This document shows positions 27,609-39,830 of a stretch of 64,000 bases of DNA, in pieces; position 1 is the first letter of the stretch, and each line of letters starts with the position of its first letter. The stretch is taken from positions 22,382,001 to 22,446,000 of the forward strand of contig OZ024753.1 in NCBI GenBank assembly GCA_964016885.1, in the 5' to 3' direction. A program made the position numbers and the translations under genes. Under the pieces are notes generated by a model. That model was not told the DNA's origin and did not search any database. It saw nothing but the letters and a program-made list of their open reading frames with translations. Origin of the DNA: Eledone cirrhosa (taxonomy: Eukaryota).

Positions 27609-29787
27609 CTAGCAGAATGGCCCGACGTTGCTCGGGCTTCTAAACATAGATTGGCATGTTTATCCCTCCTTTCTGAAACAGTACAGAGAAGTACGGAATA
27701 CCTCGGCCTGGGGATGGTGTCCACATTCTGTGCTTAGGCAAATAATTTTCCATTAAGATTTTTCAAAAGCATGTAATTGTGTTCCCTCTCTTTTTTGTTG
27801 TTGTTTTTGCTGCTTTTGGTGTGATAGCAGCCGTTGGTCGTACTACCAACACAGTCTCGTCCTTCTTCAGCCAATCGTGTATATCCCCTTCTGCCTCGTC
27901 TACCTAAACAATGATTGTAGCACCTCCTTGTACACAATGTTCCTTGTTCTTCCGTGTCGGGCATATGCAAAGAGATTTTTCTTGCTTCCCACTCTTGAGC
28001 AGCCAACGTATAGTTGCCCGTGTGAAAAACTTGACTCTTCGAATAGAAGACCATCAACAGCTAGGGACTGACCCTGGGATTTGTTGATAGACATTGCAAA
28101 GCTGACACGGTTCGGCGAATGGTTCGTTGGTTGTCTGTTTCAAGTGCTCTTCTGGTGGCAGTACGTTCAGCATCTTGCGACCGTCGAATAGCAGATTCTA
28201 CTGACAATTCGTTTGCTCGCCAAGTTCTTTTTCTTGGCGCTTTCGCAGTATTTCTTCCTTCGAGGCATGACCTAAAAGCAGGATGAAGTACACTAACACC
28301 AACTGGTAGAGTAAGGAGTAAACTCGTCAGTGATGCATGTGATTTCCGAAACGTTTACTATGTAATTGCTGACCTTGTGCCAAAAGTAGTGGGACATTTT
28401 GGGTGGCATATCGGCAGTAACAATGACGATAAGCCGTCTATGCTTTCGTGAAATAAATACGTTTGTTTATATTTTGTTTTTGTGTATGCAAAATTATCTG
28501 TACACGAATATATAATTATATATATATATATATATATACAATAGTACAGCATATTCGAAGTTCGATCAGCAGCTAAGCCAACGAATGCCTTCAGCAGTGC
28601 AGCCAAGCACTCGACGAGGAGTAGACCTTAGAGTAATAAAACATACAGTTTGAAAATAGCGACCGCTAATTCAGCCGCATGATCTGTAGCAACGAAAGAA
28701 CTGACTAGTGAGAAAAGGAAATACACACACACACATACACACACATATATATACATACATATGGTAGCTGCGAACTTGTTTTCGAGTACGGCCACTACTT
28801 TATATCCATTTAGGAGAACCCCTACCGATGGGCTGAACGAGTGTGACTTTTTAGTCCAGCCAGCGACTTGAAAACTCTGATACATACATATAAAAATATA
28901 CATACATACATATATGCACATATCTGTATATATAACATACCTGGACCGACACTTGGAAATTACTGAACACCCAAGTGAGGTTTCTGTAAATCCGAAATCA
29001 ACAAAATCCGCTTGTGGTGTATACAAGTTAGGTTTCTGGAAGATCGAACAGTGGAATTTACTTTCTCAACAGGCTTTCGTTCTAAGCCAAAACCCGGTGT
29101 GGAGTACATGTTACTCCCAAGGGAGGAAACCCCGGTTTCTGGCGGTCAATTAAAAATTATGGGCAATGGAAGAAATTCCATACACAAACCGAATTAAGCA
29201 CTCGACCAGACCGTTATTAAACAAACTTAAATAATTAACCAATCAATGGAATTATATATTAAAATAACAGATTAAAGTTTAAGCAAAGAATCGCTGCTTT
29301 CACCCTTGACGTGATCTTCTGAAACTAAAAAAATCAAACTGTGAATGCAGAAGTAAATATTTCGAAAAACGTTGGAACCGAAAGAAAACAGGAAGGCGAT
29401 ACTTTGGTTCGTCAAGACGTTCCCTGGCAATGAACGGAAAATAGCGAAGATAAAACGTCAGCAATAAGAACAATTTTTGTCATAATCTCGTAATGCAGAC
29501 AGCCAGACATACAGACAGATATTATAAGGGCACGACGTTATAGCAATGTATCTATCTTAAAAGACAGACTAAGAAAGAGAGAGAGAGATCGATAACCGGC
29601 GGCTAACACGCCTTTAACAACAGAAAATTGAAAAATAAGCTGCAATTAATATCTTCAGACCGCAAGAAATAGATAAATGCAAGTTGGGAAGTCAATCGGA
29701 GTAGAAATGTGGATTTTTATATACTTTGCAAAAATTAGGACACACACACAGAGACAATTTCAGTTTTATATATATATATATATATAT
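27609..29787 (-). mobile_element. Non-autonomous, internally deleted Helitron
   Basis: 3' end: hairpin GCCCGA-N6-TCGGGC (27620-27637), then CTAG|T on the minus strand (27609-27612); helicase C-terminal remnant; the minus strand near 29740-29787 reads TATATATAAAACTGAAATTGTCTCTGTGTGTGT, typical of Helitron 5' subtermini. The 5' boundary is uncertain. Confidence 0.75.
27900..28268 (-). pseudogene. Helitron RepHel remnant: N-terminal stub fused to the Pif1-like helicase C-terminus
   Basis: RVSFAMSINKSQGQSL...FSHGQLYVGCSRV...TRNIVYKEVL (SF1 helicase motifs V/VI typical of Helitrons), directly preceded by an MPRRK start and an R/E-rich segment (ESAIRRSQDAERTATRRALETDNQR). Confidence 0.85.
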
Positions 29788-29833
29788 AGTGACGAAACAT
29801 AAGTCAATTGTATGAACTCATAATCCTTTATTT

Positions 29834-29889
29834 ACTGCTATATATATTTCGATGATAGCCATTGAATGGCTATGACCTCATCAGGCAGT
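29834..29889 (-). ncRNA. Type I hammerhead ribozyme in the 3' terminal repeat
   Basis: ACUGC-CUGAUGA-GGUCAUAGCCAU(UCA)AUGGCUAUCAUC-GAAA-UAUAUAUA-GCAGU: intact core, 5-bp stem I, long stem II, minimal palindromic stem III, AUA cleavage triplet. Confidence 0.88.
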
Positions 29890-30504
29890 TAGTCAGTTCT
29901 TAGATATGCCAGTTCTGTGTTTATAGTGTTGATGGTATCAGAGCCTTGGAACATATGAGCTTGTTAGGAATAATTTAATGTTGTCAGCAGGAATAGTCTT
30001 AATTCTCATTGGTCAGTTTGGAGATGCTAGTAGGGTTGGTATTTGACCTCAAAGAGGCAGGTAGTGTTGTAAAGTTCAAACCGTCAGGCAAGATGACAAT
30101 AGTTCCATATGACTGATTTTCACAAAAAGCATTCCTGGTCAGATATATATTCAATTAAGGTTAATAGTATGAAATAGATACTACATGTCATTCTTAAATT
30201 GAGGAATTTATGTGGAGTGGTGCTACTGAAAATTATGGTTAGAGTAGAAAATTTACAAATAAAAAGACTTAATGTAGGTTGGCTTGCACGTACACTCATA
30301 CCCACCTCCACAGACACACACACACATCCACACATACAAATTGAGGGATTAATGTGGGGTGGTAATACTTAAAATAATGGTTAGAGTCAAATACTTAGAT
30401 AGTTTAGAAAATTTAGAAATAAAAGGCTTATGTTGGTTGACTTGTACATACACTCACACCTACCCCCTCAGACACACACACATCTATACACACTAATCCA
30501 TACA

Positions 30505-30805
30505 GGTGTGTATATATACATATGTACGCACAAGTATATATATATATATAAAATATATATATACATAAAATATATATATATATATATAAAATATATATAT
30601 ATATAAAATATATATACATATATAAAATATATATATATATATAAAAAAGATATATATATATATAAAATATACATATATATAAAATTCATATATATATATA
30701 TATATACATATAAAAAAAAAATTTATATATATAAAATACACACATATACACATACAAAATACATACATACATACATATAATACATATACATATATATATA
30801 TAAAA
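30505..30805. repeat. AT-rich interrupted (TA)n tract in the Penelope 3' untranslated region
   Basis: Direct reading. Confidence 0.9.
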
Positions 30806-30967
30806 TCAGGTTCAATAAAACGTGGTTTTGAAGACTCCTAACCAGTATAGGATCCGGTGGACCATCCACCATAGGGACCACAAACTATGGGTGGTTGTTG
30901 TTGTCCATTGGTACGGGGTGTAGGGGATCTACAGGGAGGGGGCGTTGTGGGAGGCCTTAACCGGGGT

Positions 30968-33548
30968 TTATCCATATAGCTTGAGGAAAGTTCCCGTCCT
31001 TAGGTGTCTGCAGGCACCGAATAAGTCGGCCCTTCTGTTTAATAGCTTGGTTCCGCCATGAAGTATCTCGAGTATCTCACTAAGACAGAGGTTGCAAGTA
31101 CCAGACCCGCCTCTGTCTGGGGGAACCTTTCTAACCACGGACCAGACCAGAGAGTGCGGGGTCTTTTCAAGTTTGAGCTTCCAGATCAATTCAGAAAGGG
31201 CCGTACATTTCCTCTCATCTATTCTGTTAAAGGAATGGCGATGGTTATACCACCGATCTTTGAAGCTCGTCGCTGTGGATCCTATGTAGTGGTGCTCCGA
31301 GTTAGGGGTTGTGACCTTGCACCTTTAGACTACGTATTTCGTAATGCATTCATTACTAAGGGGGCATAGTGATGGGTCTCTGCAATTACATGACTTCTTA
31401 AGCCCCACCACATGTACCGCGTGGTTACCATCACTTGGGGTTGGCTGGGTAGCCTCCGAATCAGCAGAGGGTCGTTGTGTTCCGGTGTGCTAATTGGGCC
31501 AGTCCGGGTTCCGGTGCGTCCCGCGTGCTGGTTCTGATGGGTGGCTCCGGGGTTTACGGTGGTATGAGAGGCAGTGAGCCTATTCCTATTTATGCCAGCT
31601 ATGTGCTGGGCTACGGAGCGTTTAACCGTGTGCCTGTTGAATATTTTATGGTACTTGTTGGCCATAGGGAAACATTTATCCAGTACTCTAAAGAATGTTC
31701 TAGCCATCCTGGTACGTAGACTCACCGAGCACGGAGGGTTATACCATGTGACCTTCCTAGTCCTATTCTTGCGGGGTTGTTGGGTGTCCGCCGTGGTCCA
31801 CCGCGTGGTTGTGCACTGTTCAGGTCGAGCTCGGTTGGTGTTACTCAGGTGTGCGGAGCGGTCACTATCATGAGGGTTATATGGGTCCACCGTGGGGCTA
31901 TAAACCTGCAAGGTGCGGCCTCCCTGCTCAATTAGGGTTCGACGGGTGGTGGGGCCGGTGCAGGGGTGCCTATGCTCCGCAGCACAGTGGTCTTCAGCGT
32001 TGTAGATATTAGACCGGTGGGGTATGCGGGACCTTCTACCGGGGGTGGTGACGGATAGGGGTCTGGGAGTGTTACTACTGGTCACTAAGGTATTAGGTGG
32101 TCATCTCGATCATGTCCCTTAGGGTTGTAGCTGATCCCATGGCTGTGGGACGCCTTGGCTAGCGCTGAGTTATAGTAATCAGCGTTACTATTGAAGATCT
32201 CTTTATTGGCCGACAAGTTAGAGATCCTGTCAGAGACACTCTTAACTACGGCCTTAACTATAGATCTAGGGTGATTGGACCCAGCGTTGATATACACCAG
32301 CTTCTCATTGGGTTTATGATATGGGTGGTGTAGCTTGGTGTTGAGGTTGAGGGTTGTTTCCAGGAAATTCACTACTTTTCTATTGGGTTCCTACTTTATG
32401 TCCTACCTTGCTAAAGAAGTGCCTAATTCTCCTCTTCATATTTTCGACCATTGTGCTGCTGTGGTCCACGATGGTGAAGAGTGCGTCGTCTTGGTACAGC
32501 CCGCCACCCAGGTTGGGTATTTCTCTCCTGACCACGTAGAGTATGTATATCCCAACCAAGTCCGTTAGCTGTGCGGAGTCACTGGAGCCCATTGTAATGT
32601 CAAAATTATTTGGCCAGTCGCTCCGGGTTCATATGTCCCCACCGAATCGGATCAGGGTCTTTCTGGCGGCATGTATGATTCGGACCTCGTCGCGTGTTAG
32701 GTCTGTCATATTCATCGCGAATATGAGTGCCTTGTTCAGGACTAAGGGCGAGATAGAGGAGTAGTAATTGTTGATGTCTAGTTGTATGAAGCTAGTCCTA
32801 TGTTTGTCAAGTAAAAATGTAAACCAGTCCAGCACCTGGCTGGTGCAGGACCAGAGTTGTAACCTTATTTTACTCTTAAGTGTGGGCAGGATCCTATCTA
32901 AAATGCTTTAGCTATAATCCCCATATCTGACCGGGAGGGGGCTATCAGTCAGACCGGCAGGTTAGACTCGAAGTTTGGTTTGTGGTCCTTAATCATAATC
33001 CTCGGCTCCCTTTGTTGGTATGGGGCCGTCCTATCATCTATACCCAGACCAGATACGATCTCATAAGCCTTGATGTTGATATCCTCCAGGATAGCCTCGG
33101 GCGTTTTTTTGTAGCTTTTTCTCAATTCCCTGAGGATCAGCTCATGGTAGAGTTGAACGTCCATGCTGTAAAGGTTGTTGGTTTTGTCGGCATGGACGAG
33201 TATTCCTGTAGATTCCTTAAGTTCGGTAATTCCATTTTCCAGTCGTCTAAGGTACTCTCGACCCCGGTATGGTTGGTCAGAAAATTTGATGTTGGAAATG
33301 ATGCTGATCATTTCGTTCTCGAACTATTCCAATAGTTTGATGTGGGGGTGGGGGGTTCTTCTTGATCTGAAGAGGCACTCCATGGTTTTTTGGTTATTAA
33401 TATTGGGGTTTCCTCTATCAAAGTGGTAAGCCCTCCACCTCATCCTGCGTATTAGGGAGTCAGTACTCTTAGTGAGATTCCTGGTGTATTCTATTTTACC
33501 CGGTAATGGAGTGTGCTTCAGTGATGCCAGAGTGGTGAGTTTAATCAT
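30968..33548 (-). pseudogene. Disrupted Penelope-like RT / GIY-YIG endonuclease ORF
   Basis: Fragments in order: SLKHTPLP..IRRMRWRAYHF; ADKTNNLY; IKDHKPNF; FIQLDINNYYSSI; FDITMGS; GLYQDDAL (YxDD); NFLETTLNL..YINAGSNHP; RKVTWYNPP; CNCRDPSLCPLSNEC; VV*(Y)...HYIG...FKDRWYNH; CNLCLSE; LNRRADLFGACRH. Several stops and frameshifts. Confidence 0.92.
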
Positions 33549-33737
33549 ATTGGCTGCGGTCCGCTACTGTATGAAGCGCTCAACAGGGTGTGGAGCATGG
33601 GGTAAGCAAGAAAGTAAGTGTTGGTAAAATTCAGTACTTCAGTATGCGGATAGGTAGCACTCAACGAAGATATAAGTTCCGGAGTTATATTAGTGACGAA
33701 ACATAAGTCAATTGCATGAACTCATAATCCTTTATTT

Positions 33738-33793
33738 ACTGCTATATATATTTCGATGATAGCCATTGAATGGCTATGACCTCATCAGGCAGT
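33738..33793 (-). ncRNA. Type I hammerhead ribozyme in the 5' terminal repeat
   Basis: Same sequence as 29834-29889. Confidence 0.88.
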
Positions 33794-33894
33794 TAGTCAG
33801 TTCTTAGATATGCCAGCTCTGTGTTTATAGTGTTGATGGTATCAGAGCCTTGGGACATATGAGGTTGTTAGAAATAATTTAATATTGTCAGCAG

Positions 33895-34413
<519 letters not shown>

Positions 34414-34849
34414 TATATATATATATATAGATATATATATCCCTCTCCCAGTTACTTACATACATGTTCTTCTCCTCGTGCCCCCCCCCCCCTTATCGGT
34501 ATGTTCTCTGCGTTTATTATGATATATATATATATATATAAATTTATATATATATATATATATATATATACTATAAAGTATGTCCATAGAATCATTTGAT
34601 AATATATATATACACCATTTCCTCTCCCAATTAGCATAATCAACCACATAAATATCAATTAGACCAGGCTATAAGATTAAAAGGCACCTATGAAGAAATA
34701 GTAGATAAATAAACGACAGCAATCTCTTCGCGGCCAACCGCCATAGAATACTTACCCAACATTTCAACAGCACGTGGAAATCGATTAAATATACCGTCAA
34801 CCATACACAATTAGGTATAAAATTAAAGTTAGAAGAAATGCATATACAC

Positions 34850-35156
<307 letters not shown>

Positions 35157-35342
35157 GGAGGGAAAGAGTGTGTATGTAGGAATGCAGGTGTTTAGATGTA
35201 TGTGTTAATATGAACTATACAACGTGGAATTACTATGTTGATAATATATAATATACCAACACACTTGTACACACAATGGTTCTCAATTAGAGAAGATTCC
35301 TTAATAAAGAGACGGCCGTCGGTTATCTCCTCTCATATATTC

Positions 35343-35403
35343 CTTTCTTCTTCTTCTTCTTCTTCTTCTTCTTCTTCTTCTTCTTCTTCTTCTTCTTCTT
35401 CTT
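35343..35403. repeat. (CTT)n microsatellite
   Basis: Direct reading. Confidence 0.95.
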
Positions 35404-35634
35404 TCCGTTTCTTTCTCTTATAATTAATGAAAACAGCTTCTTTTGTTGGGAAACTTAATTTAAGTTCGATAATCAAGAAATCGATATCTAGCACTTTCAA
35501 ATGAATCAAGGCAATATAAGGAAAGCAACAAACCTAACACAACAACAGACAATTTATTACAAAAGATCTCTTTTGGCAGTGAAAACTGGCTTTCCGATTT
35601 CTCTTTCAAAGCGAACTCCTGTACAAACACTCCT

Positions 35635-35754
35635 CTGTATGGAGTATATATATACGTACGTATATGTGTTGGGATGGTTATATATATATATATATATATA
35701 TATAATGTGTGTGTGTATGGCGTGTATACATCTACGTATATGTGTTGGGATGGT

Positions 35755-35787
<33 letters not shown>

Positions 35788-35824
35788 ATGGCGTGTATAC
35801 ATGTACGTATATGTGTTGGGATGG

Positions 35825-35890
<66 letters not shown>

Positions 35891-36086
35891 AGTGTATACA
35901 TACGTACGTATGTGTTGGGATGGTTATATATATATATACATATATATATATATAATGTGTGTGTGTATGGCGTGTATACATACGTACGTATATGTGTTGG
36001 GATGGCTATATATATATATATAATGTGTGTGTGTATGGCGTGTATACATGTACGTATATGTGTTGGGATGGTTATATATATATATA
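35635..36086. repeat. Compound minisatellite (CGTATATGTGTTGGGATGGTTA + variable (TA)n), 6 units
   Basis: Anchor TGTGTTGGGATGG recurs six times. Confidence 0.9.
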
Positions 36087-36448
36087 CAGACTCAGACACA
36101 CACACATCACAGACACACACACACCACAGACACACACATATATATATACTTACACACACACATTGAAGATTACATATTTACACACACACACACACACACA
36201 TATTGTTTTCCTTTGTTAAAGTTTTGTGTTTTTTTTCTCTTTATATTGTCATTTTACTTTGTCGCTTGTTACATCATAAATTCTACTTGAAAGAAACTTG
36301 CCCAAGATATCTCCAGTTATTGGGTGTAAACAGTAAAAATATAGCAATAAAAACACTGAAGATAAAATAAAATAAAATTAAAAAATATAGAATTGTTGGA
36401 TTATTCAGAAGAGTGTGATGCAACGTTATAGAAACATAACGCCTTAAA

Positions 36449-36592
36449 TATAGAGTTAAGGCTCTTTACGGTCTGAGTTCAAATCCCGCCGAGTTTAACT
36501 TTGCCTTTAATCCTTACGGGGTCGATAAAATAAAGTACCAGTAATACACTGGGGTAATTGCTGGCCTTGTGCCAAAAGTAGAAACAATTATT
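36449..36592 (+). mobile_element. tRNA-derived SINE with Deu/Nin-like domain (head decayed)
   Basis: GAGTTCAAATCCCGCCGAG B box; TTTGCCTTTAATCCTTACGGGGTCGATAAAATAAAGTACCAG domain; tail GGCCTTGTGCCAAAAGTAGAAACAATTATT. Confidence 0.8.
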
Positions 36593-36597
36593 GTTAT

Positions 36598-36790
36598 GAG
36601 CGGTGTTTGGCAGAAGCGGTAGAGCGTCAGACACCATGCTTTGCAGCATAGAGTTACGGCCCTTTACGTTCTGATTTCAAATCGTGCCGAGGTCAACTTT
36701 GGCTTTCATCCTTACGGGGTTGATAAAATAAAGCACCAGTAATACACTGAGATAGTTGCTGGCCTTGTGCCTAAACTAGAAGCAATTATT
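36598..36790 (+). mobile_element. tRNA-derived Deu/Nin-like SINE, full length, directly behind the previous copy
   Basis: TGGCAGAAGCGGTAG A box; same domain and (ATT) tail. Confidence 0.82.
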
Positions 36791-37082
36791 AAATCTATTT
36801 TCAGAACTATATTTTTCTGTTCGTCTTCTCCAATATTACCCATTGCTGATATTTACATGTTTAGTATTAATTTGTATTCTTCATAAAGAATAATGCATTT
36901 CTCAAAGATTCTGATGGTGTTTTGGTAATTTGGTTAATCAAAAGATTCCGTTGCTAATTTTAATCTCGTATATACAGCTGATTGGATGGCGTCGTTAAAT
37001 AGCAACATTCTGTCTTAATGGAAGAACAAAATAACAAAGTTGTTGTTGTTGACTATGTAGAGAGATGATATACCTTCACTGT

Positions 37083-37105
37083 CTTTCTTTCTTTCTCTCT
37101 TTCTC

Positions 37106-37180
<75 letters not shown>
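37083..37180. repeat. (CTTT)n microsatellite
   Basis: Direct reading. Confidence 0.95.
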
Positions 37181-37284
37181 ATGTCCTCCTTCCTCTATTT
37201 CCATCTAAGCACTTCACTTCTATCTATTTAACTCTTCTATCCACTTCTTTGGACTTTTGTGATATTATATTTATTTTGGTGGAC

Positions 37285-37470
37285 GGTGGATTGGCAGTAT
37301 CGGTAGGGGGTCGGACGACATGCTTTGACGCATAGAGTTACGGCCCTTGCCATTCTGAGTTCAAATCCTGCCGAGGTTAACTTTGCCTTTCATCCTTATG
37401 GGGTCGATAAAATAAAGCACCAGTAATACACTGGGTAATTGCTGGCCTTGTGCCAAAAGTAGAAACAATT
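37285..37470 (+). mobile_element. tRNA-derived Deu/Nin-like SINE with target-site duplication
   Basis: A box TGGCAGTATCGGTAG, B box GAGTTCAAATCC; flanked by ATTATATTTATTTTGGTGGAC at 37264-37284 and 37468-37488. Confidence 0.88.
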
Positions 37471-37754
37471 ATATTTATTTTGGTGGACATGGTATGATAC
37501 AAATGTCATTCTCTTAACTATTTCTGTGATAAATACGGCTCGTTAACACGGTAAACTATGACTGCATCACATTTATTTCCGTCCCAGATGGATTAGTAAA
37601 CTGGCCAAGCATTATTGCATGGGATTACATACCTTGCGGTATTTGTATCCGCTTTCTGCATATTGAATTCAAATCCCACATTTGAATTCAAATTCCAACT
37701 TTCATCGATGCCTTTCATCCATTCCAGTACTAGGTCGGTTCTTCCTCTTAATCT

Positions 37755-37900
37755 CTTTCTTTTTCTCACTCTCTTTCTTTTTCTCACTCTTTCTTTTTCT
37801 CACTCTCTTTCTTTTTCTCACTCTTTCGTTTTCTCATTCTCTTTCCTTTTCTCACTCTCTTTCTTTTTCTCATTCTCTTTCTTTTTCTCACTCTCTTTCC
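37755..37900. repeat. 18-bp pyrimidine minisatellite (TCTTTCTTTTTCTCACTC)
   Basis: About eight tandem units. Confidence 0.9.
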
Positions 37901-38499
37901 TTCTTCAGAAGAAATCTGCTCTTATTCAGACTTGGAGAGGTTGGACTTCGTTAGGTTTTTAAACAAACCTAGAAACACCGTATGTCAATACGGCGCCCCT
38001 ACGATTCTTTTGGGAGTTACGGGAACATGCAATTAATGTATTAGTCTAGAATGCCTGATTGGCAGAACTGGTAGAGTCTTGATAAGGATGCCCAACGATA
38101 TTAGCTACAGTTCTGTAGGTTCTGAGCTGAAATACTTCAACCTCTCACCGGAAAAATGGTGATATTATGGGGTTAAAACTCACAAGAACCCCCTAAGAGA
38201 TGTATTCGCGTGAAGGCCGGTTAAATCACCGTTAATATGAGCCGTAATATCACTACCACCAATAACAAAATAAATTAAGGATGGAAGTAAATGCGTTCCA
38301 TTTAATTCTCGAAAGTATGTCTCTCTACTTAATCTTCTACAACCCTTTGACGTTCTCCAATATCAAAGGAATGTGGTCCCTAAAAGTGACATATCGATAT
38401 CCGCTGCTTCTTTCAAAGTAGAGTGAAACGATTTAAAGAAATACTATTTCAATACTGAACATAGCGTTATCTTCCGTTTCTTTGAAAATAGAGATATGA

Positions 38500-39232
38500 A
38501 CGGAAAAAATGAAACGATATTTCATTTCCCACTCTTAGTACGGCTGTTACTTAAATATAAGTATGTACACGTACATACATATATGTATACCGACGTACAG
38601 TAGTATGTATATATATATATACATGCACACATATATATATGCACGTATGGATTCACCGAACATTTATTATAATGCTCGGTGTGTTTGTAAACAAACATCC
38701 CGTATTAAGCCGTAGTGTCTAGCAACCACCGTTGCTCGTTTGTTCAACACTGACAAAGGAACGCAGTACTAGTTTCAAGCTTGTTAGCTATCGTCAGCAA
38801 CGTATACCTTCCTGCCAGATTGTTGAACGTATATACTTACCTTATGCATATTAACGGCTGAGTAGCCCAATTTGCATATCGAGTGGGTTAATCGGCCGGG
38901 TGCACCGAAAACGATAAACGGAAAAAATGAAACGATATTTCATTTCCCACTCTTAGTATGGCTGTTACTTAAATATAAGTATGTACACGTACATACATAT
39001 ATGTATACCGACGTACAATAGTATGTATATATATATATACATACATGCACACATATATATATGTACGTATGGATTCACTGAACATTTATTATAATGCTCG
39101 GTGTGTTTGTAAACAAACATCCCGTATTAAGCCGTAGTGTCTAGCAAGGTATACGTCTAGGAAGGTATACGTTGCTGACGATAGCTAACAAGCTTGAAAC
39201 TAGTACAGCGTTCCTTTGTCAGTGTTGAACAA
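38500..39232. repeat. Unclassified repeat: copy 2 (38500-38916), partial tandem copy 3 (38917-39147) and an inverted piece (39161-39232)
   Basis: Similar to 23456-23876; 39161-39232 is the reverse complement of ~38740-38811. Confidence 0.8.
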
Positions 39233-39702
39233 GACAAAGTTATGACGTTTTGTTGCATTGCACTGCAGTGCCCATGACCACCCGGAGTACATAAGTAACC
39301 TATGTCTTAAGTTTGGTGAAAATACTGTAGAAATGCATAAGATTTATACATATGCGCGTGCGTTCGTGTGTGTGTGTATGTGTGTGTGTATGTGTGTGTG
39401 TGTATGTATTTGTGTGTGCGTATGTATGTGTCGGTGTGTGGGGGTGTGTATGTATTTGTGTGTGCTTATGTATGTGTATGTCCGTCGGGGCATACGTATG
39501 TACTGGCCTAAATCTTCACTATTTACTTTTACTATTTTAATAACCTCTGTCATTTTCGTTTTCAATTTTATTTACATCATTCTTAAACTCCGGGGCTGGA
39601 AATCATTCTGTTATTTTAAATAGAATATTAGTCTAACGACTCCATTTATACCATAAACTTGGTCTTGTCTTTGCATGAAATTGTTCTTCATGCTCCACAT
39701 AA

Positions 39703-39830
39703 CGACATATTATCCTCGCTTTTTTCCCGTTCATTGCCAGGGAACGTCTTCACGAACCAAAATATCGTCTTCCTGTTTTCGTTCGGTTGCAAAGTTTCTC
39801 GAAATATTTACTTCTGCGTTCACAGATTAC
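39703..39830 (+). repeat. Inverted copy of the segment at 29335-29460 (inside the inferred Helitron span)
   Basis: Reverse complement matches GCAGAAGTAAATATTTCGA...GAAAACAGGAAG.CGATA...AAGACGTTCCCTGGCAATGAACGG. Confidence 0.7.

Larger units (their letters stand above)
29787..33899 (-). mobile_element. Penelope-like retroelement (probably Naiad type) with ~209-bp direct terminal repeats, inserted in (TA)n
   Basis: Direct repeats 29787-29995 and 33691-33899 (offset 3904) flank a decayed RT + GIY-YIG ORF; (TA)n on both outer sides. Confidence 0.9.

Noticed and set aside
28540-28602. Possible third hammerhead on the minus strand (CTGAAGG...CGAAT)
   Set aside because: Core nucleotides do not match and the stems are weak
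32629-32951. Selenocysteine UGA codons, as reported for some Naiad elements
   Set aside because: The two in-frame TGAs examined fall at expected Trp (GDI*TR) and Arg (PV*LI) positions; the conserved cysteines are ordinary TGY codons; other lesions are TAA/TAG or frameshifts
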